From the NCBI GenBank assembly GCA_964016885.1, contig OZ024757.1:30690001-30754000 (forward strand): a stretch of 64,000 nucleotides of DNA, in the 5' to 3' direction. Numbering within the stretch: the first letter of the stretch is position 1; each line of letters begins with the position of its first letter. Source of the stretch: Eledone cirrhosa. Its lineage: Eukaryota. Position numbers and translations under genes: made by a program. The notes below the pieces were generated by a model, which searched no databases, was not told the DNA's origin, and saw nothing but the letters and a program-made list of their open reading frames with translations. Below are positions 50,876 through 64,000 of this stretch, one piece after another.

Positions 50876-51076
50876 AAACCATATTTATTTTATTATACAT
50901 ATTTCAAGGGCCACCAAGGCAGATTATGGTGCGCTTTCATCAGATAATTAATTTTATCTGATGAAAGCGCACCATAATTTGCCTTGGTGGCCCTTGAAAT
51001 ATGTATAATAAAATAAATATGGTTTTATAAATATAGTTTCCATTTGTTAATATATTGTATATTTACTCCAATAACT
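50752..51076. mobile_element. Family A fold-back: 252-bp palindrome 50825-51076 with back-to-back hammerheads (50887-50950 minus, 50951-51014 plus)
   Basis: attttat-CTGATGA-aagcgcacca...tggtggccctt-GAAA-tatgtat-A-ataaaat and its reverse complement. Confidence 0.78.
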
Positions 51077-51097
51077 ATATATATATATATATATATT

Positions 51098-51258
51098 AGA
51101 GAGAGTCAGGGCACGACAGCTGAGCTCTTGCAGTGTTTGGAATTAGCTGTCAAAATGCTAAGAGCTCAGCTGTCAGGTCCTGACTCTCTTTGATATAGGC
51201 ACACTCTACTATCCCAGGTATTGAGTACTCTGTCTTACTAGTTTAAAACTGGTAAAAT

Positions 51259-51303
<45 letters not shown>

Positions 51304-51490
51304 AGAAAGTATGACCCCGACGGCAGAGTCCAAGCCATTTCGACGGCTATTTCTGGACAGAAATAGCCATCGAAACGGCTTGAGCTCTGCCGTTGGGGGT
51401 CATACTTTCTCCTATTACCCACTCTACTACCCTAAGTATTGAGTACTCTGGTGCGTTATGGTCCATCTGATTCCTTACCACAACTCCTTA
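51098..51490 (+). mobile_element. Two adjacent family C fold-backs (51098-51262 degenerate; 51300-51490) separated by (TA)n
   Basis: palindromes containing gagctc and GAAACGGCTTGAGCTCTGCCG, shared tail cactctacta...tattgagtactctg. Confidence 0.68.
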
Positions 51491-52649
51491 TATCATCATC
51501 ATCATCATTATCGTTTAACGTCCATCTTCCACGCTAGCATGGGTTTGGACGGGAATTTTCCCACTTGAGGCAAGATTGGATGTGTTGCTCGTATGGGTCT
51601 GTCTGGCGGGTTTTCTACGGCTGGTTGCCCTTCCTAACACCAACCACGTTTACAGTGTGGACTGGGAGGTTTTTACCGTGTTACCTACACGGCCACATTA
51701 CAGCGTGGACTGTGTGTTTTTTTGTCGTGACACCTACACGACCTCATTTGTTTCGGACTGGATATTGTGGTACCAACATAACATTACATTAGAAAGGGTG
51801 GTGCGGATGGGGTGGGGGTAGTGGGACGGGGTGTATTTTTGTTAGAGGTGCCTACTGACTGTAGGTTTCGCTTTGTACTTAGGCAAGGCGGGTCTTCTGT
51901 ATTACTGTGTAGCGCCAAAGATCTCGGTCCAGTGACATTGTCTTGGAGAGGTGTAAGTGTGTGAGGTCGGAATTTATCAAGTCGTCCCAGGTTTTTCTGG
52001 GTCTGCCTACTCTGTGGCTACCGTCTATTTTTATCGCCCTGCACTTTTTTTATACAGCTGTCGTCTTTCATGCGCATCACGTGACCGTACCAACGTAGTC
52101 TTCTCTCGAGTAAACAGCATCTGTATGTATATATATATATATATATATATGCATATATATATATGCATATATATATATGTATATACATATGTATATATAT
52201 ATATAGAGAAGTTCCCAAGGGCATCCTGTGTATATATATATATATATACATATGCATATATATATGTATACATATATATACTATATATGTATATGTATAA
52301 ATATATGTATATGTATATATATGTATATGTATATATATGTATATATATATGTATATATATATATATATGTATATGTATGTATATGTATGTATATGTCTAT
52401 ATATGTATCAGTGGCGAAGGGTAACCTGGAAAGCAGGGCAAGCAGTCCAATCGCCATGGCGGAAAGTGGGGCTGTGCAGCCTTACCCCCCCCCCCCCCCC
52501 CATTCCCACTAAATGACCCTCCCGGTCAAAGCCACATGTAGTGTTATCTTGTGTGTGTATGTGTTATCTTTTTATGTGTCTACGATTTAGTAAGCAGTCA
52601 AAATTGTGCTTACCCCAAAGTTGTGTGTGTGTGTGTGTGCGTGTGTGTA

Positions 52650-52681
<32 letters not shown>

Positions 52682-52936
52682 TTATCTTTTTGTGTCTATA
52701 CGTTTTAGTAAGCAGCCAAAATTCTGCTTGCTTCAACCGATGCATTTGATCAACTCAAGATTCTATGACGCATGCACTGCATGTGTTGCATGCACAGACC
52801 CTTCGCCCCTGATATGTATATGTATGTATATATGTATATGCATGAATATGTATATATATATATGTATATGTATATATGTATATATATGTATGTATATGTA
52901 TATATATATATGTATATGTATATATGTATATATATG

Positions 52937-52984
<48 letters not shown>

Positions 52985-52985
<1 letters not shown>

Positions 52986-53235
52986 GGGCTGCCCTTGGGA
53001 ACTTCTCTATGTAGATGATTTGGTTTTTATAGCTGAAACCAAAATAAATCTAGAAAATAAATTCCGATTATGGAATCTGAATTTACAATCAAAAGGCGTG
53101 AGAGTAAAATTAGCCAAAACTGAAGTGTTAGTAAGTAGGAGAGAAGACAAGACCAGATTCCCTCAGGGAAGTGGCCATGCTCAAAATGCAGAAAAAGTGT
53201 AGGCATAAACTCCATACAATGTACACAATGTAAAC
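52985..53235 (+). mobile_element. RTE reverse-transcriptase fragment
   Basis: [18 protein letters not shown]...GVRVKLAKTEVLV (YADD-type RT motif), followed by a CxxC-like region. Confidence 0.8.
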
Positions 53236-54069
53236 ACTATATAAACACTTTAAAATAAACAGCTTTGTATCAAGGAACCGAGGGAGGTATATTGGTATAT
53301 CATTTGCAATATATATATATAATGTTCACTATATAGGTATTCCATTTATGTCTACACACATTGTATACTAGTAGTATAGTTGGGTATAGTGGTACTTCAT
53401 TTGATATATATATATATATCACCTTGATCACCTTGACTGACCAGTCTGTCGGGCGTCCATTCGGCACCGCTGGTCACAACACGTAGTGCTGTTTTAGCCA
53501 TAAGATAACGCCATCCCACTGACTGGGCGGGCAGGCCATATATATATATATATATATATATATCATCATCATCATCATCATCACCGTTTTTATATATATA
53601 TACTATAGTTGGGTATAGTGTTATTTCATTTGATATATTATATATATATATACACACATTGTACACTATAGTTGGGTATATAGGTATTTTATTTGATATC
53701 ATCATCATTTCATTTTACGTCCGCTTTTCCCTGCTTGCAAGGGTGGGACGGGAACTGATTCTGGCATGATTTCTACAGCTGGATGCCCTTCCTAACACCA
53801 ACCTCATTTTACAGTGAGTGCTGGGTGCTTTTTTGCCGTGGCACCTCCACGACCACTTTGCAGTGGAATGATAGGGACCCCAGTCTCTAACATCTCATTT
53901 CTACAGCTGAGTAAACTGGAGCAATGTGAAATAAAGTGTCTTGCTCAAGGAAACAACACATCACCCGGTCTGAGAATTGAACTCACAACCTTTCGATTGC
54001 AAGGCCAATTGATATATATATATATATATATCTCTTGTACACTATAGTTGGGTATATAGGTATTTTATT

Positions 54070-54108
<39 letters not shown>

Positions 54109-55637
54109 TTGTACACTATAATTTGGTATATTGGTATTTCATTTGATATCATAAACACATTGTACATTATTTGTTCCTCACCTGAGAGCCAAATGCCTCC
54201 TGTTTGAGAGTCACTGATGTTGAGAGCCTCTCATTGCTCCTGGGACGTCTACCCACCGCGAGGAATATAAGAGCACAGTCACCACAACAGAAGGTATCAT
54301 CATTCAGGCAACAGGCTAAGAGATATTTTATCAAACCAAAAGCCAAACTCTCTATCTTCAAGTCAGTATTTGTACCAACTCTTACCTATGGTTATGAATC
54401 TTGGGTTAAAGACTGAAAGAATACAATCCCAAATACAAGTGACCAAAAATGGATTCCTCCAAAAGGTCTTTGGAAAACATTATTCGATAGTGTGCGTACC
54501 TTAGAGATCAGAGAGTTGCTCCTGGTAGAGCCACTACTTCTCTGAACTGAGATATCACAGCCTCGATGCTATGAGCATGTGGTTAGAATGTCTCAGGAAA
54601 GAATATGTAGCTCAGAGATTAGAGTGTCACTCTTGGTAGAGCCACTACTTCTCTGAATTGAGAGATCACAGCCTCGATGCTATGAGCATGTGGTTAGAAT
54701 GTCTCAGAAAAGAAATAGCTGGACAGATTTTATGGGAAAAACCAACAGGCAAGAGACCCAGGGGTAGACCCAGGGTAAGATGGTTGGATAACATCCATGA
54801 GCTTAGATCGTTTCACTTGAGGAGGTTGCTTCTGGCAGGACCCACTAGAAGGCGTGTTTGAAGACTCTGCCTCTACGACCCTCTCAGGAATATGTGGGCA
54901 AAGAAGAAGAAAAAGAAAGGCGGTGGATTAACAGTTTCAGTAGAGTGTTGGACAACATGCTTTGTGGCATATAGTTACGTTCCTTTATGTTCTGAGTTCA
55001 AATCCTGGGGTAGACCCCCTCCAAGCAAGATAGTTGAATAACAGCAATGAACTCGGCTGATCTCGCTTATGGAGGTTGCTTCTGCCAAGGTTTCTGTTGC
55101 CTTTAGTACCCAAACTGCCACTTCCCTCTGCAAAATTGGGAGGATGAAATGCAAAGTGGAGACAATTGCTTCTGACAGGACCCACAGGAAGATGTATTTG
55201 AGGACTCTGCTTCCACACATCTGCCAGGAATAAGTGGGTAAAGAAGAAGAGGAGGTCATACCACCATATAAACCAACTACATTTGTACATTATTCTATCT
55301 ACTGTACATGAACCTTTGATGAGTTGTAGTGCACCTGAGCACTGTACACAATAATTTCATTATTATTATTATTATTATTATTACAACACCAGACATCACT
55401 AAATAAATTGTTGGAGGGGGACAGGACAGGACAGGACAATGTTATGGCAATAAATAGAGAAATGATTAAAAAAAAAAATAGTCAAAAACCCCCCAATAAA
55501 ACAAAACGAATAAAAAAAATGTCTCTTGTGGCCATTTTACAATTCTATATTACTTGAAAATCAAAGATTGCGATATTACGATATACATTAGCGAACTAAT
55601 GAAATGATTAAGTCAGCAAAACACAGAAAATCTAAAT

Positions 55638-55639
55638 TG

Positions 55640-55670
<31 letters not shown>

Positions 55671-58600
55671 TAAAAACAACAATAATGATGATGATGGTGA
55701 TGGTGTTGATGGCAATTGTAATTTGATGGTGTGACGGTGGTGATTGTGGTGATGATGATATATGATGATGATGATGATGATGATTGTTGTGATGATTGTT
55801 GTGTGATGGTGGTGATGATGGTGGTGGTGGTGGTGGTGATGGTGGGGATTGTGGTGATGATTGTGGTGATGAGATGGTGATGCTGGTGATGATGATGATG
55901 ATGATGATGATGGGGGGGGGGGGGTGCCATGGTGATGATGATGATGATGATGATGATACCATGGTGATGATATGATGGTGGTGATTGTGGTGATGATATG
56001 ATAATGGTTGTGATGGTGATGGTGATGGTGCTGATTATAAGGATGATTATATATGATGATGGTGGTGGTGGTGGTGATGATCATTATGATGATGATGATG
56101 ATGATAATGATGACTCACCCTCCCTTCCACCAACAACCATGCAGAAAGTAACTACTCGCTCACTTGCCTTCCTTGGCCTTAGGTCAAAGTTAATGACCCA
56201 ACAAGTGATTGTGTAACACCCCTTCCCTACCCCTTCCCCACCCCACCCACTTCACCCACCCCTTCCCCACCCCACCCACTTCACCCACCCCTTCCCCACC
56301 CCACCCGCCCTATGAAAGAAGGAAAAAAAATAATATTGGTTTTTGATTTTAGGCACAAGGCCAGCAATTTGGGAGGAGGGGAAAGTCAATTAAATCGACC
56401 CCAGTACGTGACTGGTACTTTATTTTATTTACCCTGTAAGGATGAAAGGCAAAGCTTACCTAGGTGGGATTTGAACTCAGAACGCAAAGGGCCGCAACTC
56501 TACTGCAGAGCATGTTATATCCGACGTTCTACTGATACCACCAATCCACCACCCTGTCAATAGTAGTAACAATGTTTCTACTTTTGGCCCAAGGCCAGCA
56601 ATGACCCCCAGTGCATTACTGGTACTTTTGTACGATTTGAACTCAGAACGCAAAGGGCCGTAACTCTATGCTACAAAGCATGGCGTCCGACCCTCTACCG
56701 ATACTGCCAATCCAATAATGATGATAATAATATAACATAAAATAAAATACCAAAATAGAATCCAACAACAACAACAACAACAACAACAGTAATAAACTGT
56801 CTTGAGAGAGAGAGAGGGGGGGATGCGATAAGTGTTAGAGGATGGGAGGGTGGGGGGTGGGGGTGATGGTGGTGGGGGTGTATATGGTGGTGGGGGTGTA
56901 TATGGTGGTTTGTTAGATGATGGTGGTGGTGATGGTGTGGTGAGATGGTGTGGTGGTGTGGTGGTGTGTTGATGGTGTGGTGGTGTGGTGGTGTGTTGAT
57001 GGTATGGTGAGATGGTGTGGTGGTGTGGTGATGGTGTGGTGATGGTGGTGCTGTGTGGTGGTGTTGGTGCTGTGGTGGGGGTGATGGTGTGGTGAGATGG
57101 TGTGGTGGTGTGGTGATGGTGGTGCTGTGGTGGTGTGATGGTGGTGGTGTGGTGGTGGTGTTGGTGTGGTGAGATGGTGTGGTGAGATGGTGTGGTGATG
57201 GTAGTGCTGTGGTGGTGTGATGGTGGTGCTGTGGTGGTGGTGATGGTGTGGTGAGATGGTGTGGTGAGATGGTGTGGTGATGGTAGTGCTGTGGTGGTGT
57301 GATGGTGGTGCTGTGGTGGTGGTGATGGTGTGGTGAGATGGTGTGGTGGTGTGGTGATGGTGGTGCTGTGTGGTGATGGTGGTGCTGTGTGGTGGTGTTG
57401 GTGCTGTGGTGGTGTGATGGTGGTGGGGGTGTATATGGTGGTTTGTTAGCTGGTGGTGGTGGTGGTGATGGTGTGGTGAGATGGTGTGGTGATGGTGTGG
57501 TGATGGTGGTGCTGTGGTGGTGTGATGGTGGTGGGGGTGTATATGGTGGTTTGTTAGCTGATGGTGGTGGTGGTGATGGTGTGGTGAGATGGTGTGGTGG
57601 TGTGGTGGTGGTGTGGTGATGGTGGTGGTGTGATGGTGGTGCTGTGGTGGTGTGATGGTGTGGTGAGATGGTGTGGTGATGTGGTGATGTTGTGATGGTG
57701 GTTGTAGTGTCGTGGTGTGAGGGTGGTGGGGGTGTATATGGTGGTAAGTTGGCTGATGGTGGTGCTGTGGTGGTGCTGTGGTGGTGTGATGGTGGTGCTG
57801 TGGTGGTGTGATGGTAGTGCTGTGGTGGTGTGATGGTGGTGGTGTTGGTGCTGTGGTGGTGTGATGGTGGTGGTGATGTGGTGATGCTGGTGCTGAGTGG
57901 TTATGGTGGTGATGTGGTGTGATGGTGTGGTGAGGTGGTGATGGTGGTGGTGTGGTGGTGTTGGTGCTGCGGTGGTGGTGGTGGTGGTGATGTGGTGATG
58001 GTGGTGCTGTGTGGTTATGGAGGTGATGTGGTGTGGTGAGGTGGTGTGGTGGTGATGGTGGTACTGTGGTGGTGTTGGTGCTGTGGTGGTGGTGATGGTG
58101 TGGTGAGATGATGTGGTGATGGTGGTGCTGTGTGGTTATGGTGGTGCTGTGGTGGTGTGGTGGTGTGATGGTGTGGTGAGGTGGTGTAGTATGGTGGTGT
58201 GATGGTGTGGTAAGGTGGTGGTGGTGTAGCTGTTGATGGTATGGCTGGTTGTCTTGTGGTGGTGGTGCTGTCGCTGTTGATGGTGGTGGTGGTATGATGG
58301 TGATAGTGTGGGATGCTGTTGATGGTGTGGTGTGGTAAGATGGTGGTGTGTGGTGTGCTCTCGCTGGAGATGGTGGTGGGGTGGTGCAGTGTGGCAATGA
58401 TATTGTGTGGTGTGATGGTATGGCTGCTAATGGAGTGGTGGTGGTGTGGTGTGGGTGGTGGTATGGGTGCTGAAGGTATGGGTGGGTGGGTGGTTGTTCT
58501 ATGGTGTGATCGTGTGGTGTGGTGGTGTGATGGTCAGGTGTGGTAATGTGGTGTGGATGGTGGTATGGCTGCTGAAGGTATGGTGGTGGTGTGGTGGTGT

Positions 58601-59078
58601 GGGTGGTGTGGTATGGTAATGGTATTGGGTGGTGTGGTGTGAGGGTGTGATGGAGTGGTGGTGGTGTGGTGGTGTGGGTGGTGTGGTAATAGTATTGGGT
58701 GGTGTGGTGTGAGGGTGTGATGGAGTGGTGGTGGTATGGCTGCTGAAGGTATGGTGGTGGTATGGTGGTGTGGTGATGTGGGTGGTGTGGTATGGTAATG
58801 GTATTGGGTGGTGTGGTGTGAGGGGTGATGGAGTGGTGGTGGTATGGTGGTGTGGTGGTGTGGGTGGTGTGGTAATAGTATTGGGTGGTGTGGTGTGAGG
58901 GTGTGATGGAGTGGTGGTGGTATGGTGGTGTGGGTGGTGGTATGGCTGCTGAAGGTATGGTGGTGGTTGTGGTGTGGTGTGATGGTGTGGTGTGGTAATG
59001 GTATTGGGTGGTGTGGTAATAGTATTGGGTGGTGTGGTGTGTAGTATGACTGGTGTGGTGGTGTAGTGTGGTGGTATG
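55638..59078. repeat. (TGA)/(TGG)n low-complexity satellite blocks
   Basis: direct reading. Confidence 0.93.
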
Positions 59079-59196
59079 TGAAGAGTAAATCAGTAAATTG
59101 GTTGATTTTAACACCAACCTTTGATTTTGATCAATATTTTCAAAAGTATCATTGGGAAATTAGTCACACTTTGTTATTGTTTTAATTTTGTTTTGT

Positions 59197-59197
<1 letters not shown>

Positions 59198-59249
<52 letters not shown>

Positions 59250-59340
59250 TAAAGATATATATAGTGATAGAGAGAGAGTGAGAGATAGTGATAATGATAG
59301 TGATATATATAGAGAGAGTGATATATAGAGAGATAGAGTG

Positions 59341-59374
<34 letters not shown>

Positions 59375-59738
59375 TGAGAGAGATAGAGAGAAATAGTGAT
59401 AGAGAGAGAGAGTAATAGAGAGATATAGAGATAGAGAAATAGTGATAGAGAGAGAGAGAGAGATAGAGAATGATAGTGATAAAGAAGGAAAGGAAAAAAT
59501 TGCAAAAAAAATACAATTTAAAAAAATAGAAAATTATAAAAAGCAAAAAAAAAACATTATCACTATTTTTATAAAAAGGAAAAAAATGTGTTAATTGAAC
59601 ACACACACATACACACAGATGCACATATATACACAGATACATACACACATACACCCAGATACATATATATATGCATATATGTACACATACACATATAGAA
59701 ATATTCATATGTACATATACACATATACACATACACAC

Positions 59739-59769
<31 letters not shown>

Positions 59770-60906
59770 TACATAGTCATATATACATAGTCATATGTAC
59801 ATATATGTACACATACACATATAGAAATATTCATATGTACATATACACATATACACACACACACATATATATATATGTATATATATATACATATTCATAT
59901 GTACACATACACATACATTCATATGTACATATACACATACACACATATATATACATATATACATATTCAAATATACACAGGCAATGCACACACAAATACA
60001 CATACACATATATACATATATAAATATTCATATATACACATAGACATGCACACACAAACACTTATACACATATATACCTATACACATTTATTTATAAATA
60101 TATATATATATATATATATAAATATTCATATGTACACATACATACTCATGTATATATTCATATATACACATAGACATGCACACGCATACATGTATATACA
60201 CATACATACATACATATAGACATACCCATACACACACACATATATACATATATAAATATTCATATGTACATATAGACACATATACATACATACATATGCA
60301 TACACATATATATACACACACATACATGCACCCCTCTTTGTCTCTCTCTGTCTGTGTCTCACTCTCTCTATATCTCACACTCTCTTTCTCCATTTCACCC
60401 TCTCTCTCTCTATCTTTCTCGCTATCTCATACTCCCTCTCTCTATCTCACACATTCTCTCTCTCTGTTCCCCCCCCTCTGTTTCCCCCCTCTCTCACCCC
60501 CCTCTCTCTCACACCCTCTCTCTCTCACACCCTCTCTCTCTCACACCCTCTCTCTCTCACACCCTCTCTCTCACACTCTCTCTATCACACATCCTCTTTC
60601 TCTCTATCTCACACCCTCTCTCACTCTCTATCTCACACCCTCTTTCTCTCTATCTTGCACTCTCTCTCTCTCACACCCTCTCTCTATCGCACACCCTCTC
60701 TCTCTATCGCACTCCCTCTCTCTCTATCGCACTCCCTCTCTCTCTATCTCACACCCTCTCTCTCTATCTCACACCCTATCTCTCTCTATCTCACACCCTC
60801 TCTCTCTATCTCACACCCTCTCTCTCTCTATCTCACACCCTCTCTCTCTCTATCTCACCCCCTCTCTCTCTATCTCACACCCTCTCTCTCTCTCTCTCTC
60901 TCTCTC
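59198..60906. repeat. (GA)n, (CATA)n and (TC)n microsatellite blocks
   Basis: direct reading. Confidence 0.93.
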
Positions 60907-61079
60907 AGAATTTTAAGAGATGAAAAAAAAAGCAAATCGAAATCTCCTCCTCCCGCCCCCAAGAAACAACAACAACAACAACAACAACAACAGTTTTCTA
61001 GTTGTTTTCTTCTTTCTGTCTATTTTGGTGAACAATTCCAAGCCAGAAAATCACACCTCCTCCTTCTTTACACTGGAAA

Positions 61080-62840
61080 TCCACCACCCACCACCACCAC
61101 CACCACTGCCACTGCATCCAACACCACCCACCACCGCCACCACCACTACCACCACCACCACCACCACCACCACCACCACCACCACCACTGCCACCACCAC
61201 CACCACCACTGCCACTGCATCCAACACCACCCACCACCACCACCACCACCACCACTGCATCCAACACCACCCACCACCGCCACCACCACCACCACCACCA
61301 CCACCACTGCCACCACCACCACCACCACTGCCACTGCATCCAACACCACCCACCACCACCACCACCACCACCACCACCGCCACCACCACCGCCACCACCA
61401 CCACCACCACCGCCACCACTGCCACTGCATCCAACACCACCCACCACCACTACCGCCACCACCAAACACTGTTTCCACCACCACCACTACTGCCACTGCA
61501 TCCAACACCACTCACCACCGCCGCCACCACCACCACCACCACTACTGCCACTGCATCCAACACCACTCACCACCGCCGCCACCACCACCACCACTGCCAC
61601 TGCATCCAACACCACCCACCACCACCACCGCCGCCACCACCACTGCCACTGCATCCAACACCACCACCACTACCGCCACCACCACCACTGCCACTGCATC
61701 CAACACCACCCACCACCGCCGCCACCACCACCACCACTGCCACTGCATCCAACACCACCACCACCACTACCGCCACCACCAAACACTGCATCCAACACCA
61801 CTCACCACCGCCGCCACCACCACCACCACTGTCACTGCATCCAACACCACCCACCACCGCCGCCACCACCACCACCACTGCCACTGCATCCAACACCACC
61901 CACCACCGCCGCCACCACCACCACCACTGCCACTGCATCCAACACCACCACCACCACTACCGCCACCACCAAACACTGCATCCAACACCACTCACCACCG
62001 CCGCCACCACCACCACCACCACCACTGCCACTGCATCCAACACCACCCACCACTGCCGCCGCCACCACCACCACCACCACCATCATTATCATTGTTGACA
62101 CCTTCAACAACACCATCACAACCACTACCACATTCACGACCACCAACACCTTCACAACGACAATGACCACCACCACCACCACCTCCACCACCACCAACTC
62201 CACCACCACCACCACCACCAACTCCACCACCACCACCTCCACCACCATACAGAAAGTCAATCCACCATCATCATCATTGCTGCCACGACGACGATGACGA
62301 CAACTGTCGACCCCACCACCACCACCACCAAACCACCACCACTACCACCAAACCACCACTACCACCACCACTACCACCACTACCACCACTACTACCACCA
62401 CCACCAACCTATCACCACCACCACCACTACCACCAACACCAAAACGTCACCACCACCACCACCAAACCACCACCACCTCAACCACCACCACCACCGCCAC
62501 CACCACCGCCACCACCACCACCGCTACCACCACCACCACCACCACCACCACCACCACCACCAAACCACCACCAAACCACCACCACCACCACCACCACCAC
62601 CACCACCACAACCAACACCACCACCACCACCACTACCACCACCACTACCACCACCACCACTACCACCACCACCAATCCGTCACCACCACCAACCTACCAC
62701 CACCACCACAACCACCACCACCACCAAATCACCACCACCACCACCACCACCACCACCACCACAACCAACACCACCACCAAACCACCACACCACCACAACC
62801 ACCACCACCACCAAACCACCACCACCACCACCACCACCAT
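61080..62840. repeat. (CCA)n satellite with unit actgccactgcatccaacaccac
   Basis: direct reading. Confidence 0.93.
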
Positions 62841-63104
62841 AGAGTCGTCAGCTCTTATGTTAGAATAATTTTGCTCATCTTTCTTCAGTGTCTTCTAATT
62901 GAGGCATTCATTATATAGGGGGGACATGTTATAGGGGGAGAGAGGGGGATGGGGAGGAGAGGGTGGGTGGGGAGGTGGGTCAGATAGAGAGGGTGAGACA
63001 GATAGAGGGTGAGAGATAGAGGGAGATGATGTGACACAGAGGGAGAGAATTGAAGGAGGTGGTGAGAGAGGTAGAGGAAGGACAGTGGTAAAGAAGAAAA
63101 TAGA

Positions 63105-64000
63105 GAATGAGAGAGATAGAGAGCTAGCAAATGAGATAGAGAGAGAGAGATAGAGAGATAGAGAGCTAGCAAATGAGAGAGAGATAGAGAGATAGAGAGC
63201 TAGCAAATGAGATAGAGAGAGATAGAGAGATAGAGAGCTAGCAAATGAGATATAGAGAGAGAGATAGAGAGATAGAGAGCTAGCAAATGAGATAAAGAGA
63301 GAGATATAGAGAGCTAGCAATGAGAGAGAGAGATAGAGAGCTAGCAAATGAGAGAGATAGAGAGATAGAGAGCTAGCAAATGATAGAGAGATAGAGAGCT
63401 AGCAAATGAGAGAGAAAGAGAGAGATAGAGAGATAGAGAGCTAGCAAATGAGATAGAGAGATAGAGAGTTAGCGAGTGAGAGAGAGAGAGAGAGAGATAG
63501 AGAGCTAGCAAATGAGAGAGAGAGATAGAGAGATAGAGAGATAGCGAATGAGATAGAGAGAGAGATAGAGAGCTAGCAAATGAGAGAGAGAGAGAGATAG
63601 AGAGATAGCGAATGAGATAGAGAGAGAGATAGAGAGCTTGCAAATGAGATAGAGAGAGAGAGATAGAGAGATAGAGAGCTAGCAAATGAGAGAGAGAGAT
63701 AGAGAGCTAGCAAATGAGAGAGAGAGATAGAGAGCTAGCAAATGAGAGAGAGAGATAGAGTGATAGAGAGCTAGCAAATGAGAGAGAGAGAGTGAGATAG
63801 AGAGATAGAGAGCTAGCAAATGAGAGAGAGAGATAGAGAGCTAGCAAATGAGAGAGAGAGAGAGATAGAGAGCTAGCAAATGAGAGAGAGAGAGATAGAG
63901 AGATAGAGAGCTAGCAAATGAGAGAGAGATAGAGAGATAGAGAGCTAGCAAATGAGAGAGAGAGAGAGAGAGATAGAGAGATAGAGAGCTAGCAAATGAG
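63105..64000. repeat. gagagctagcaaat(ga)n satellite running off the window
   Basis: more than 20 units. Confidence 0.95.

Noticed and set aside
56913-62842. His/Thr/Pro-rich ORFs (734, 503 and 392 aa)
   Set aside because: (CCA)n/(TGG)n repeats open in several frames, with no splice context or frame preference

Overview
AT-rich, microsatellite-saturated eukaryotic DNA whose SINE and RTE repertoire looks like an octopod cephalopod (inference). Almost all ORFs in the supplied track are simple-repeat artefacts. One real gene can be read: a + strand SPATS2/SPATS2L-family (DUF1387) gene with 14 GT-AG coding exons from 10235 to the stop at 32743. The exon phases are all compatible, giving ~578 aa; the ATG exon was not found. 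It includes a 22-nt micro-exon and a 467-nt exon built from an 18-bp repeat encoding an Asn/Ser-rich tract. The rest is RTE and CRE-like LINE fragments, tRNA SINEs, piggyBac, hAT and Tc1 MITEs, and many minisatellites. The most striking unannotated signal is a set of at least five families of short elements inserted in (TA)n that carry type I hammerhead-ribozyme motifs, as in Penelope-like pseudo-LTRs. Most are fold-back palindromes, several centred on hammerhead stem II, and one family has a non-canonical CAGAAGA core. Also notable: a 5S rRNA head fused to an RTE 3' tail (candidate SINE3), ~9 echoes of a splice acceptor upstream of the real one, and four independent ~48-bp minisatellites seeded by one RTE/SINE segment. 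All calls were made by eye; no searches or folding were run.
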